This document shows positions 35,891-49,689 of a stretch of 61,067 bases of DNA, piece after piece. Under the pieces are notes generated by a model, which saw nothing but the letters and a program-made list of their open reading frames with translations, did not search any database and was not told where the DNA came from. Every line of letters starts with the position of its first letter. Position 1 is the stretch's first letter. The position numbers and the translations under genes are program-made. The DNA is from Octopus bimaculoides (lineage: Eukaryota), in the NCBI RefSeq assembly GCF_001194135.2, contig NC_069006.1:25268830-25329896 (forward strand), read 5' to 3'.

Positions 35891-37089
35891 ACACATATAT
35901 GTGTGTGTATGTTATTTAGTCTTTAAATACATGCCACTGGCTACTTAGAGTTGTTTCTCTTGGCTAATTTTTGTTTACACACACGTACGTGCGCAAACCA
36001 AAGAATTTTGTAGAGGTTCCATCAACCAAATTCCACTGCCAAGCCATTAGTCAACCGGAGACCATGGTAGAGAAAACTCATCCAGGATGCTACACCTTAA
36101 GGATGAATGGAACTCAGAACCAATATGTCTGCAAAGCAGAATTCCTAACCCCACTACCATACAGTTAGTTGTACCGTTCTAAAACCATCATCCTGTTGTC
36201 TTTGAGGAAAATTTCCTCATCACAGACCAAGCCTGGAAACTGTAGAAACATCAAAATGGCAAAGTCAAGCGAGTTCAACGAGATTATGTTAAAGTATTTA
36301 AGTGTTATTTCCTTCCCCCATGCAGTAATATTTCACACATGTGAGAATAGCGACTCTATCCACTTTTAAAAGGCTTCTTGCCAATTAGACAGAGGTCAAA
36401 TTTCATTCAGGCAGGAAGAGTCGCTTTTCAAAGAAAACTTTTACATCACAAAGCCAGCCTGTATCGTTACCAGTCGGTCGTAGTCACACAGACACATCAA
36501 TAAAGACTGACAACGTTCTTCTTGATGATAAATTTAGGCAGAAATTACGAGTAGAGTGTGTGGGTATGTGACTATAAATAGCGAGTTACATGTGTGTACG
36601 TGTGTGTCTTTATTCTTGCTACTCTGTATGGCAATGTTGCCTATAACATCATAGTTGTGTGTGAGAAAGAGAGAGAGTAGGGGAGATGACAGAGAGAGAT
36701 ATTAGAAGGATGTGTCGTAGTCTCTTTCTGCAACAGACAGTGGACTGTCGTCATTTCTATACAACAGTACGTCACATCACTAGAGTCACAATGGGTTCTT
36801 GTAGCCCATGTGACAGTGCCTGGTGTGCAATCTATGTGCAATTAGTTCAGCTCAACTCTGATCCAGTGGGATCAAAGGGATTCCAGTCATGACCATCCTG
36901 GCTCTTCAGGGTTATCTTGGATATTACTTTGTCTTGTGTGTCTTTCTATTTTTTTAAAGACGGCAAGGGAGATTGGGTTGCTATTTCTAGCAGGTCTACT
37001 AACTACGCAATGGGGGTGGATGCGAGAGTGCGGGTAGAAGCTTGTGAATGTGCATGGGTGTTGAACATTTGCATACATGTTTGAACATG

Positions 37090-37256
37090 TATGCACATTA
37101 TTTTGTATTAATTATGGATTATCTCATGGCTTTGAGATTTCAATGATGTGAATGTTTTATTTTTAGAATGACATTGTTAAGTAGGTGTGAGAGGCCAGAT
37201 ATAACAAGTAGAAAATTTGGGGTCAGATATGATTGGTTTAAATGCTAAAGAGTCAA
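37090..37256 (-). mobile_element. TTAA-type (piggyBac-like) MITE; same family as 41540-41732
   Basis: The reverse complement begins TTGACTCTTTAGCATT, close to TTAACCCTTTAGC, and aligns with the plus-strand copy. Confidence 0.65.
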
Positions 37257-37610
37257 AAACTAGTTCTATAGATACTTCTTTCAAAATTCCTGTTCTGTTT
37301 TTTTTGTTTTCACACATTAATTTGCGTAGATTGAACTATGGAAAACATTCGACAAAAGAAAGTGAGCTATTTCTTGCAATAAATACATCTAAAATTGTGA
37401 TTCACAGTCATTTTTTATCTACAGACCACTTTAATTACTATTTTATTCTGGAGGACACCCCACCCCATAACCAGTTGATGTTTAAAAACTAGTTTTATAG
37501 ATGCTCCTTTCAAAATTCCATTTTGCTTTTCACACATTAACTTGTGTGGGTTGAACTATGGAAAACTTGAGAGAAAGAAACTCAACTGTCTCTTGCAATA
37601 AATAGATTCC
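37255..37610 (+). repeat. Old direct duplication: two ~130-bp copies about 220 bp apart
   Basis: AAAAACTAGTT.TATAGAT.CT.CTTTCAAAATTCC...TTTTCACACATTAA.TTG.GT.G.TTGAACTATGGAAAAC...TCTTGCAATAAATA at ~37255 and ~37474. Confidence 0.8.
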
Positions 37611-37989
37611 TAGAACAAAATTTGTTCATGAACCTTTAAAATACTCCTGTATTTTGCTTGCATACAACCAAGCCATCTAAACTCTTATACAGAGCCTCAT
37701 GAGTCATATGGACTCCAATTGGTTCCGTCTGACTAGTCGTAAGTCAATTTGGTCGTAAGTCGGCCTATAGGCCTACATAGCTTTGTCTGATATTTTCACA
37801 TTCTTAAGGTACATTCTCAGGTAAAAGTCATACCCAGCATTCTGTATTTATACTATTATACTGGTGGTAGTCAAAAATTTCAGATTCTCAAGCAGTCATA
37901 AATGCGAGGTTGCCTCGATGTCTCCGTAACAGGATAGCCATCCAACACAGTGACGATCGATAGCCAAGCCTAAGGGAAGCGCTTGTTAG

Positions 37990-38165
37990 CTAACATCACC
38001 AGCTTGGCACTGGTAACATCACAACTCATTTCTACAGATAAGTGAACTGGAGCAACATGAAATAAAGTGTCTTGCTCAAGAACACAACACACACTACAGT
38101 CTGGGAATCGAACTCACTACCACACAACTGTAAACCAGACCTTCTAACCACTGAGCCATGCACCT
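37990..38165 (-). mobile_element. SINE head C
   Basis: GGAGCAACATGAAATAAAGTGTCTTGCTCAAGAACACAAC...GGGAATCGAACTCAC. Confidence 0.85.
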
Positions 38166-38973
38166 TTACATATACATACATACATGCACATATATCTACA
38201 CACACTCTCACACACACACACAAACATATATTTATATAGTTCATAACTCCAACTAAAAACATTTGTCTCCCCTTACACACACTTCCTGTTTTGACACCAC
38301 ACTTCCTGATTAACACAAACTTTGAACCCTTTTTTAAAACCTAACACAATTCTCAAATCTCATGCATCCTTATTTTTCCAACCATTATATACATAAACTA
38401 CTATTGAACTTCAAAAGCTCAAATTCAATATAATGTATTGGTATATTTATTTTTTTATATATTATTTTTTTTATATATTATTTTCTTCATTTTGTACTTC
38501 TTTGTAAAAAACATTTTCATTCTCCTTCTTGAAAATTTGCTTCGCAATGAAAACCGGTTAGAAACCTTTATTAAAATATGCTTCCAGTTTAGCATTCTAC
38601 CTTATTCTTCATTTTCCTATTATTTCNNNNNNNNNNNNNNNNNNNNNNNNNNNNNNNNNNNNNNNNNNNNNNNNNNNNNNNNNNNNNNNNNNNNNNNNNN
38701 NNNNNNNNNNNNNNNNNNNNNNNNNNNNNNNNNNNNNNNNNNNNNNNNNNNNNNNNNNNNNNNNNNNNNNNNNNNNNNNNNNNNNNNNNNNNNNNNNNNN
38801 NNNNNNNNNNNNNNNNNNNNNNNNNNNNNNNNNNNNNNNNNNNNNNNNNNNNNNNNNNNNNNNNNNNNNNNNNNNNNNNNNNNNNNNNNNNNNNNNNNNN
38901 NNNNNNNNNNNNNNNNNNNNNNNNNNNNNNNNNNNNNNNNNNNNNNNNNNNNNNNNNNNNNNNNNNNNNNNNN

Positions 38974-39007
<34 letters not shown>

Positions 39008-39234
39008 TCTCGTAAAACAACTCACTATCCATTCTGAGTCCACAAACACGTTTTATAGCAAAACATACAATAGACAGACAATAACCAGCCAGCGTGTACG
39101 TACATACATACATGTGATTATAGAGCAAGGCCTGTATATTGACTTATTAACCATCCGCTTTGCATGCGTGTGTGATTATATATATAACAAGGTCTATATA
39201 TCTAAATCTGTATGTATATAGATATATGCTGACA

Positions 39235-39265
<31 letters not shown>

Positions 39266-39466
39266 ATCGACTGACCTATATATTGACACAAACCTGAACC
39301 ATCGACCTCCATGCCAAGATAAACGACCCACTGTAATAACTTCAAACTCTACATTGCACTAACTAATCAAAATATTTATGGTATCGCACGTATACACACA
39401 CTACTACAGCTACATAAACACACACACACTCATATATATGAAGGATGAGAGACAATCAGAAACACA

Positions 39467-39504
<38 letters not shown>

Positions 39505-39584
39505 ATGAATACAAAAATACACAGATAAATGTAAAGAGAGGGACAGACAGACAAGAAATTCAAATACAAATACACGAAGATCAG

Positions 39585-39730
39585 GCATGGTAAGAAGCAA
39601 CCACATGGTTCTGGGTTCAGTCCCACTGCGTGGCACCTCCGGGCAAGTATCTCCTATTATAAGCCCTGGGCCAACCAAAGCCTTGTGAGGAGATCTGGTA
39701 GACAGAAACTGAAACAATCCCATGATGTGT

Positions 39731-39764
<34 letters not shown>

Positions 39765-39960
39765 CTATGCGTACGTGTCTGTTTGCTCCCAGCCATCACC
39801 GTTTGACAACTGATGTTGAGGTGTTCAAGTCCCTGTTCAGCAAAAGATATTGACAGAAATGTGCTGGGCTTAAAACAAAAAAAGGTCCTAGGTTCAATTT
39901 GGGTTTCAAGGCAGTGCTCCAGCATGGCCACAGTCAAACGACTGAAACAAGTAAAAGAAT
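39585..39960 (+). mobile_element. SINE head A with tail E
   Basis: Consensus match with a (TG)n spacer between modules. Confidence 0.85.
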
Positions 39961-39992
39961 ATGTGTATATATATGTATGTGAATATATATAC

Positions 39993-40023
<31 letters not shown>

Positions 40024-40784
40024 TACATAGGGAGAGAGTGATATAATGACAGTTTACACAAAGTATGTTTATTAAATGGGCAGTGAGTGAGTGAGTGAGT
40101 GCAGTGCAGTGGTAGAGGTGGTGGCGGCGGTGATGACAGCAGACTATTAAGAGAGAGAAGAGGTGGGGGTGACGAAACAGTCGAAACTCGTTGTACTGAG
40201 AACAAAAGAACAGACTGAATGGCTGGTGGTGATGACAACATCCATAACGATGACGGCGCCGATGATGATGATGACCAGGAGACTAAAGTATGCGGCAATG
40301 ATTAATGAAGATCATTACTCGAGTGGATGACAATGATAGGTCTAGATATATACATTGTGTAGCTAAGTGCAGTCATTGAGGTTTTAAGATCGAAATAGGA
40401 GCAACGAAGGGAGATAACTCCAGGAAGATCAATTGAACGCAATTTTGGGATCTGGTGAAAGAAATAGATACATTTTAAACTTATTAAAACTTCTTAAACT
40501 ATATTCTAGACTAATAGTGATGTTTAATATACATACATACATACATACATATATATATTTGTGTATGTGTGTGTGTTTGTAAGGCTAACTCAAGCCTTTG
40601 TGAATTTGGCGGAAGTAAACTAAAAAAAAGCCAGTTGTATAGGTATGTGTCTGTGTATCATTTACTTTTTCTTAGGTAATAGGCATTAGACTGTGGCCAT
40701 GCTGGGGCACTGAGTCAAGTGCTGCTACGTATTTTGTCCAGTGTGATAATGGTTCTGCCAACTTATGATAATAATAACAATAAT

Positions 40785-40968
40785 CCTTTCTACAATAGAC
40801 ACAAGGTCTGAAATTTGGTGGAAGAGAGTAAGTCGATAACATCGACCCCAGTGTGTAACTGGTACTTATTTTCTCAACCCTGAAAGGATGAAAGGCAAAG
40901 TTGACCTCGGTGGAATTTGAACTCAGAACGTGACCAGCTTTCTATCGACTCTGCCAGCTCACTGCCTC
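40785..40968 (-). mobile_element. SINE family B
   Basis: Consensus match. Confidence 0.9.
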
Positions 40969-41539
40969 ATTCTGCAACAATAATAATAATAATAATAAAA
41001 TGAAACATGAATTTAAAACAGGTATAAACTTGAAAGTAATTATAATTGTAGATGTTAGGTGGTGGGAGGAAAGGTATGTGTGAAAGAGAGGAGAGGGGGA
41101 GCAAATGTCTGTGTGAAAAATGAGTGGGAGGAGAGACAATAGATCTCTGTATGAAAAAGAGAGAGAGGGGGAGAGTAAATGTTTGTGTGACAGAAAGATG
41201 GGAGAGAGTAAATGTGTGTGTGTGTGTGTGTGTGAAAGTTGTGAGGAAGTATGGAAGAAAGAGGGGGAGGGGTGAAAAGTAATGGGGGAATGTGTGTGTG
41301 TGTATCCTCATCATTTTCATTCACATCCATTTTCCCCATGCTGGAATGAACTGGACAAAAACTTGTTGAAGCAACAGTGACAGGAATTTCTCTCCCGGAG
41401 TACAGTATTTATTCCCCCCTTTCCATTTGTGGATGAATGTACTTAACGACCAGACATCCTTTCGGGGTCGATTAAATAAGTACCAGTTACGCACTGGGGT
41501 CGATGTAATCAACTTAATCCCTTTTGGAATGCTACGGGG

Positions 41540-41732
41540 TTGAGTTAGCCATTTCTGGCCCAAATATTTTACTTATTTTTATGTTCAAACTGGCCTGATC
41601 TGACCTCTCACACATACTCTACAATCACATTATCTAAATCCCAAAGCTGTGAAATAATCCATCATTAATCCAAAATAATGTGAATAAATAAGCCTTACAT
41701 TTGACAGTGTAATCGGGAGGCTAAAGGGTTAA
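41540..41732 (+). mobile_element. TTAA-type (piggyBac-like) MITE
   Basis: Ends GGCTAAAGGGTTAA; the body aligns with 37090-37256. Confidence 0.65.
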
Positions 41733-42344
41733 TGTTTGCCTTGCTACCACACATGAACATTCCTTTTCACACACACACACACACACACACACAGATTTCC
41801 TTTCACAAAATACATACAGTTTTTTTTATAATTCTTTTCTCAATTACATGTAACTTATATTTCCACACACACACACACACTGTCCTGATAAGTAACATTT
41901 ACTGTTAAAAAAAAAGCAAACAAAAAAAAAAAGAAAGTAGGCTGATAAAAAGGCCCTTGACACACGATTTAACATTTCACAATTTCACTGCTCGTGTTTC
42001 ATGCCAACTAGGATGTAACTGACATGAAACTTGAGCAGTCAACTTGTGAAAGTTTTAATCTTAAATACACACACACATGACATATTATGTATGTACATAG
42101 ATACATGTATTATGGGAATAGCGATAACGAACAGAAATATCAAAAGCAATATTCAATAGCAAAATGTTGTGCATTAAGTCATTTTGGTTCAGTGAAACCA
42201 GCACAGGCGACTAACGGATGGCAATTTCAGTACATAAAAAAGAACAAAAAGTCACATGGCATAATTTTTGTTTTATTTTATATTTTTTATTTCTTTACTG
42301 GTGGTGCCCCAGGCTGGGGCACCACCTTGAGAAATTTTAGTAAG

Positions 42345-42500
42345 GCGTGGCTGTGTGGTAAGAAGCTTCCTACCCAACCACATGGTTCTGGTTTCAGTCC
42401 CACTGCATGGCACCTTGGGCAAGTGTCTTCTACTATAGCCTCTGGCCAACTAAAGCCTTGTGAGAGCACTTGGTAGATAGTAACTGAAAGAAGCCCATCA
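42345..42500 (+). mobile_element. SINE head A
   Basis: Consensus match. Confidence 0.9.
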
Positions 42501-42594
42501 TATCATCATCATCGTCATCCCTTAATGTCCATGCTGGCATGAGTTGGACACAAAGGAATTGAACCCAGGGTCACTTGACATATGTGTGCGTGCA

Positions 42595-42627
<33 letters not shown>

Positions 42628-42629
42628 CT

Positions 42630-42920
42630 AGGTGCAGGTGTGGCTGTGTGGTAAGAAGCTTGCGTCCCAACCACATGGTTCCAAGTTCAATCCCACTGCA
42701 GTCAGAAACAGATAAAAGATGTGTCTGTCTGTTTGTCTCCCTGACCACCAGCACTTGACAACTGTTGATGGCGTGTTCATGTCCCTGTAACTTAGCAATC
42801 TGCCAAAGAGAGGCCAATAGAATAAATACCAAGCTTAATAACTTGATTTATGTGACCAAAAAATACCTTTCGAGCTGGTGCTCCAGCATGGCCACAGTCC
42901 AATGACAAGTGAGAGATAAA
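42630..42920 (+). mobile_element. SINE head A (internally deleted) with tail E
   Basis: Consensus match. Confidence 0.8.
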
Positions 42921-43971
42921 AAGGTTACCAAAACTCGATAGTCCATGGCATTTTTGTCCAAGAACTCCTGACTCTCTCGATCCACCATGTGACTAGGAAC
43001 AACAACAACAACGACAACCCCTTACACACACACACACACACACACACACACTTCCTTGTCCTAACTTCCAGATGCCAACAAATTACTCTCGCCACTAATT
43101 TCGATTCCAATGAGCCACCATTTTGTGATGATCTCACATGACTTGCTGCCTGCTGAGAGTTCTGTGACACAAAAGTGTTAAAAAAAAAAGAAAGAAAAAC
43201 AAGACCCCCCCTCCTTCCCTTACCCAGCAAAAAAAAGAAAGAAAGAAAAATAATACAAAAAAAAATGAGAGAGAGAGAGGGAAAAAGAAAAGAAAGAGTA
43301 GCAGAGAACAACAGACCTTCCATAATTAAAGAACAGAAACGAAACACAAATAATTAAATGTAATGAATAAATAAAATAAAATAAAATATGGGTGAAAATA
43401 ATAATAATAATAATAATAATAATGATGATGATGATGATGACGTTAATAACAATAATGATGATGATAACAAAATTGAAAGAAATCTTTCAAATGCCATTTG
43501 GATAAATTACGCAAATTTTACAAATTCTTCTCTGATAACACNNNNNNNNNNNNNNNNNNNNNNNNNNNNNNNNNNNNNNNNNNNNNNNNNNNNNNNNNNN
43601 NNNNNNNNNNNNNNNNNNNNNNNNNNNNNNNNNNNNNNNNNNNNNNNNNNNNNNNNNNNNNNNNNNNNNNNNNNNNNNNNNNNNNNNNNNNNNNNNNNNN
43701 NNNNNNNNNNNNNNNNNNNNNNNNNNNNNNNNNNNNNNNNNNNNNNNNNNNNNNNNNNNNNNNNNNNNNNNNNNNTATATATATATATATATATATATAA
43801 GCATGCATTCTTTCCTCAAAAGAATTCACAATATGAAAACATTAACAATATTTGGTGGCGGTGGTGAGGGGGAAGGTGTTTGTCTTTTTTGCAGGGGGGG
43901 GGGAGTTGTCCTGCACATTATTTTTCAACGAAATTTCATATGACACTAATTGGAAAATGGAAAATTAACAA

Positions 43972-44006
<35 letters not shown>

Positions 44007-44479
44007 GATATAATCAAATTAAAGTTAATTGGAATACAAGATGCTAAAAATTTGTCAACATACACAAGTCTGAAATGTTGTAATTACATATGAAACGTTA
44101 AGAGATTTCAGATACGAGAGGAAGAGAGATTGAAGGGGAGGTAATCCTGCTGTTGCCGATAAGGATACGAGACCCTCTCAGCCCTAAAATAGCTCAATCT
44201 GGTTCTGTTTAGTCCATCCACGTCTCTCCATAAGGAGCATGGGGGAGGGGGGGGTCAGTTTTCTGCTTTCTCCAGCTTATATGTTATGTTCTGCACTGAA
44301 CAGCACACCGTGGAATAAAAACAAAAAAATGCTTTATTTGAAAAATAGTTAAGGGTTAGTGACAGGAAGAGCATCCAACCATGGACAGCAAATCCTGTAT
44401 GCAATACATCGTTGTCCAATCCATGCTAGCAAGGGAAAACAGACATTTAAATGAATGAATGACTGACTCTCCTCTATAG

Positions 44480-44765
44480 GCACAGCTGTGACTGTGTGGT
44501 AGGAGTTTGCCGTACAACCACATGGTTCCCAGTTCAGTCCCACTGCGTGGCACCTTGGGCATGTGTCTTCTCCTACGGCCTTGGATCAACCAAAGCCTCG
44601 TGAGTGAGTCTAGTAGACAGAAACTGAAAGAAGCCTTAGCGGTTCAGCAAAAGTGACCAATAGGATAAGTACTAGGCTTACAAAGAATAAGTCCTGGGGT
44701 CGATTTGTTCGACTAAAGGTGGTGCTCCAGTATGGCCACAGTTAAACGACTGAAACAAAAAGAAA
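44480..44765 (+). mobile_element. SINE head A with tail E
   Basis: Consensus match. Confidence 0.9.
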
Positions 44766-45257
44766 AAAAGAAACAAACAAACAAGCTGTCTAACTGATGG
44801 CCGCTTCCTCTTGTCAGCTGATAGCCATCTCAAGAGATTCGTGTACATTATCGACTTAGTATGTCCTACATTTATGTACAACAGACAGGCCACTCATGGA
44901 ACATCCATCGTTAAATATCTCTTGACAAGTAGAAACAGGATGACAGGAAAACAATTTCCATTGCCGGTTTTACTTANNNNNNNNNNNNNNNNNNNNNNNN
45001 NNNNNNNNNNNNNNNNNNNNNNNNNNNNNNNNNNNNNNNNNNNNNNNNNNNNNNNNNNNNNNNNNNNNNNNNNNNNNNNNNNNNNNNNNNNNNNNNNNNN
45101 NNNNNNNNNNNNNNNNNNNNNNNNNNNNNNNNNNNNNNNNNNNNNNNNNNNNNNNNNNNNNNNNNNNNNNNNNNNNNNNNNNNNNNNNNNNNNNNNNNNN
45201 NNNNNNNNNNNNNNNNNNNNNNNNNNNNNNNNNNNNNNNNNNNNNNNNNNNNNNATA

Positions 45258-45391
45258 TAGGCACAGGCATGGCTGGGTGGTAAGAAGCTCGCTTCCCAAC
45301 CATATGGTTCTGGGTTCAGTCCCACTGAATAGCAGCTTAGGCAAAAGCCTAGTGAGTGGATTCGGTAGACGGAAACTGAAAGAAGCCCGTC

Positions 45392-45400
<9 letters not shown>
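45258..45400 (+). mobile_element. SINE head A (internal deletion)
   Basis: Consensus match followed by (TA)n. Confidence 0.85.
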
Positions 45401-45426
<26 letters not shown>

Positions 45427-45739
45427 AGTGGAATTAGAACTGAGAATGTAGCCGCAGACCAAATACTACTAAGCATTTTGTCTGGCATGCTAACAATTCT
45501 GCCAGCTCACCACCTTAATAATAATAATAATAATGATAATAATAATGGATCACTTGTCTGTTGTTGTGCAGGTGTGTAATGTTTAGCACCATTTCTGTTG
45601 AAACCCAACATCTAATTTTACCGCTTCCTTGTGTAAGTATGGTAACATGGGGTTTCTCTAAGAATCTGCCATTAACTAGTCAGTGAGGAACCAGGGTTCT
45701 AATTGATGGTCATATTGATTGGTTAATGTTGGTTATTTG

Positions 45740-45925
45740 TGGAGGTCTTTGAGGAAAGGTTATTGTTATGACATCAATGCAAGACCGCTGCATGGACACT
45801 GAGAGAAGGTGTGGAAAGGTCAATCATGTTGAAGCTGAAGAAGACAGGAGGTAGAGCAGAACCTTGCAGCACTCCTATCGGAGAAGCCATTGACAGTTTG
45901 TGCTGCTCTATTTCACATGAAATAT
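45740..45925 (-). pseudogene. Decayed non-LTR retrotransposon reverse transcriptase fragment
   Basis: Translation ISCEIEQHKLSMASPIGVLQGSALPPVFFSFNMIDL resembles the RT motif GVPQGSxLSPxLFxxYxxDL. After a frameshift, CIDVIT occupies the expected YADD position. Confidence 0.5.
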
Positions 45926-46740
45926 GGAGGAAAAGGGGAAATGGAAGGAGAGAAGAAGTAGGAGGGTAGAGGGACAAAATAGAAAGTGGTCTGAATTGGA
46001 AGAGGAGGAGAGGGAGAAAGAGCAAGAAGGAGAGGAAGGTGTATTTATTACAAGACAGGGAGAGAGAATTAGGGGGGGAAAGGGGGTAGTTTGTGTGTAT
46101 AAAAGGGAAGAGTGTATGTGTAATATGAATGGAATAAAGAGGAAGGAGGGGAAAGGGTGAAGCTAAACAGGATGAGAAGGGGGGAGAGTAGGGGCTGAAA
46201 TGGTANNNNNNNNNNNNNNNNNNNNNNNNNNNNNNNNNNNNNNNNNNNNNNNNNNNNNNNNNNNNNNNNNNNNNNNNNNNNNNNNNNNNNNNNNNNNNNN
46301 NNNNNNNNNNNNNNNNNNNNNNNNNNNNNNNNNNNNNNNNNNNNNNNNNNNNNNNNNNNNNNNNNNNNNNNNNNNNNNNNNNNNNNNNNNNNNNNNNNNN
46401 NNNNNNNNNNNNNNNNNNNNNNNNNNNNNNNNNNNNNNNNNNNNNNNNNNNNNNNNNNNNNNNNNNNNNNNNNNNNNNNNNNNNNNNNNNNNNNNNNNNN
46501 NNNNNNNNNNNNNNNNNNNNNNNNNNNNNNNNNNNNNNNNNNNNNNNNNNNNNNNNNNNNNNNNNNNNNNNNNNNNNNNNNNNNNNNNNNNNNNNNNNNN
46601 NNNNNNNNNNNNNNNNNNNNNNNNNNNNNNNNNNNNNNNNNNNNNNNNNNNNNNNNNNNNNGTGTGTGTGTGTGTGTGTGTGTGTACATGTGTCTGCATA
46701 GGTGCGTGCGTGTGTGTGTGTATGTATACACACGTCAATA

Positions 46741-46793
<53 letters not shown>

Positions 46794-46944
46794 TTGTTTC
46801 TATGTGTGTGTGTATATATATATATATATACACACACGTATCTGCATAGGTGTGTGTGTGTGTGTATGTGTGCCTGTGTGTGTGTGCATGTATAACTAAA
46901 TAGTTGAATGTATGTATGAGAATAATTGTGTACGAGACATAACA

Positions 46945-46980
<36 letters not shown>

Positions 46981-48035
46981 AAATTATGTAAACGAATAGA
47001 AGCTGTGTGTGTGTTTGAAGGAGAAAATGGATGAAATCGAAAAGAGTGTGTTTATGTGGTGTGTGTGTGTGTGTGTGCAAACACAGTAATGAGTGGAATG
47101 GATTAATGGAAGAGACTCTGTGTGTGTGTGTGTGTGTTGGACCAGGAAACAGAGAAGGAGAAGAGTTCATAATTGAACATGACATCCCCGAGTACTGCAG
47201 CTGCTCCAAGAAGGGTCAGAGAAGACAAGAGGTCTCTAGTTCACTTCTAATCCAGATGCCAACCACCACCGCCGCCGCTACCGCTGCCGCTGCCACCGCC
47301 ACTAACACTGCCATCGCAGGCGGTTGCTGTTGCTGCTGTTGCTGCTGCTGCTGCTGCCTTACAATGAAAGGTAGATGCTGGAAGAGAAGAAAGTGTGTGC
47401 GTGCGTGTGTACACGCGTATTTGTAGGTGTGTGCGTTCGTGTGTGTGCGTGTGTGATAGTTAAAGCCTGATTAGATTCAATATCAAAATGACTCTCTTGG
47501 TGTTTGCTGACTTGGAAACCTGATTGAGCAACTATGTTCGATGGTGGAGGCGGTGGTGGTATCAAGGCAGCGATGGCGATGGTGGTGTTTGTAGTGGTGG
47601 TGGTGGTGGTGATGTGTTACAGCATGGAACTGGTTGATGAGAGGGAGTGAGCATCAATAGATTGACAGAAATATCGTGTCTGTGCTTAGTGATTTGTGGG
47701 TGTGTCGGTTTAGTGATGTGTTTGTGTGTGCGCGCGCGTGTTTAGTGATGTGTGCCTCCGGAAAGTAACAGCAGTGACACCAATGCTAGTCATGTATGAA
47801 GAGAGAGAGAGGGGGGAGAGAGGTAGAAGGAGCAGCTAAGAGCCCTTGGGTGCTGGCAAATTTGAAGGATAGGAGCAGTTCATTGAGTCATCTTTAAACA
47901 ACAAGATGACAGCCAAACCAATAAACAAATAAACCCATTTAGGTTTGTAGGGATGCATGTGTGTCTCACCGTCTACACACAGAACTGTGTGTATGTGCAA
48001 TAACAGTGTGTTTGCGTGAGTGTGTGAGTGAGTGA

Positions 48036-48102
<67 letters not shown>

Positions 48103-48330
48103 NNNNNNNNNNNNNNNNNNNNNNNNNNNNNNNNNNNNNNNNNNNNNNNNNNNNNNNNNNNNNNNNNNNNNNNNNNNNNNNNNNNNNNNNNNNNNNNNNN
48201 NNNNNNNNNNNNNNNNNNNNNNNNNNNNNNNNNNNNNNNNNNNNNNNNNNNNNNNNNNNNNNNNNNNNNNNNNNNNNNNNNNNNNNNNNNNNNNNNNNNN
48301 NNNNNNNNNNNNNNNNNNNNNNNNNNNNNN

Positions 48331-48692
48331 TCTCCTCCCTTTTTAGGGGTTCCTTTCGCTGCTGTGACTCACGCAGGCCTCCACAGACTCTTTGAGCTTT
48401 TTCTCTGAGTCATGAAAGCTCAACGGCATCGTAGTTCTGGGAGACATCCCCCCTCTCTCCCTCTCTCTCTCTTCTTCACATAGACATCCATCGCCACCGA
48501 TCCCCGGGTCCCCCCCACCCCTTCTCTCCCCGCGTGCGTGTGCCACAGCCTTGTCTTCTTCCTTCTCCTCCCTTTTTAGGGGTTCCTTTCGCTGCTGTGA
48601 CTCACGCAGGCCTCCACAGACTCTTTGAGCTTTTTCTCTGAGTCATGAAAGCTCAACGGCATCGTAGTTCTGGGAGACATCCCCCCTCTCTC

Positions 48693-48705
<13 letters not shown>
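48331..48705 (+). repeat. Identical 142-bp direct duplication, period 233 bp
   Basis: 48331-48472 equals 48564-48705; it begins at the N-gap edge. Confidence 0.9.
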
Positions 48706-48727
<22 letters not shown>

Positions 48728-49556
48728 AACTTACCATCACACACACATTCCACTAACATCGTCTTATACACAGCACATTTAGTATCACACACAGTCATAC
48801 ATACACACACATATTCATACATAGACAGACAGACAGACACACACATACACACACACACGCATGTCCATCATACGCACATACAAATTTACACCACCATACA
48901 CACACCTTTTCTACCCCCCATCCGGTATATACACACACACACACACACACACAATGTTATTTCCTTGTACATGGCCCCCACCTCTTGTGTTACGTGACCA
49001 AGATAGGATTGTATTCTGTCAGTGATATCATTATCTTTATTATTAATATTATCATTATTATCATTATTATCATTATTATTATGTACGTCAGCAGTGTGAA
49101 CTAAAATGTATGGCGGCGGGCAAAGCAGCAGCATAAATAAAAATTAGACACAAATAAATAAATTTGGAAGAAGAAAAAAAGAAAACAAAAACTAATAAAA
49201 AAAATAAAACCAGAGATGGCACCAGGCTATGGTGACAAAAGGAGGATTTATGGTAAAATTACCATAAAGGTTTATAACAAGAGTTGAAAGCAGCACGAAG
49301 GGAGAGAGAAAGAGAGAGACAGACAGATGAGCTAACACAAGGCTACATACAGAACAGGATCCTGGTTACACACACACACAAACATTCATACACAAACACA
49401 CACACATATATATGTATCAGATTTATATATGTATATATAATGCATTCAGATAAAGGTTTACATTTAGATATATATATGTGTATGCATGTGTATATACATA
49501 CACATGTGTGTATGTGTGATTATATATATGTGTATGTATGCATGTGTGTGTGTATG

Positions 49557-49589
<33 letters not shown>

Positions 49590-49615
49590 ATATATATATT
49601 TATTTTTATATATTT

Positions 49616-49689
<74 letters not shown>

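Noticed and set aside
36203-36219. Palindrome TGAGGAAA-A-TTTCCTCA (Rel/NFAT-like)
   Set aside because: 8-bp arms are expected several times by chance in about 57 kb.
37735-37775. GTCGTAAGTC x2 plus palindrome GGCCTATAGGCC as a pogo/Tigger-like terminus
   Set aside because: No matching opposite end or TA target duplication was found.
43119-43177. Hairpin with arms CATTTTGTG / CACAAAAGTG reminiscent of mir-153
   Set aside because: The miR-153 seed (TTGCATAG) is absent, and the stem needs a large asymmetric bulge, unlike a pre-miRNA.
47140-47240. Peptide NREGEEFIIEHDIPEYCSCSKK as a coding exon
   Set aside because: No polypyrimidine tract before the AG, a weak donor, microsatellite flanks, and no recognisable homology.
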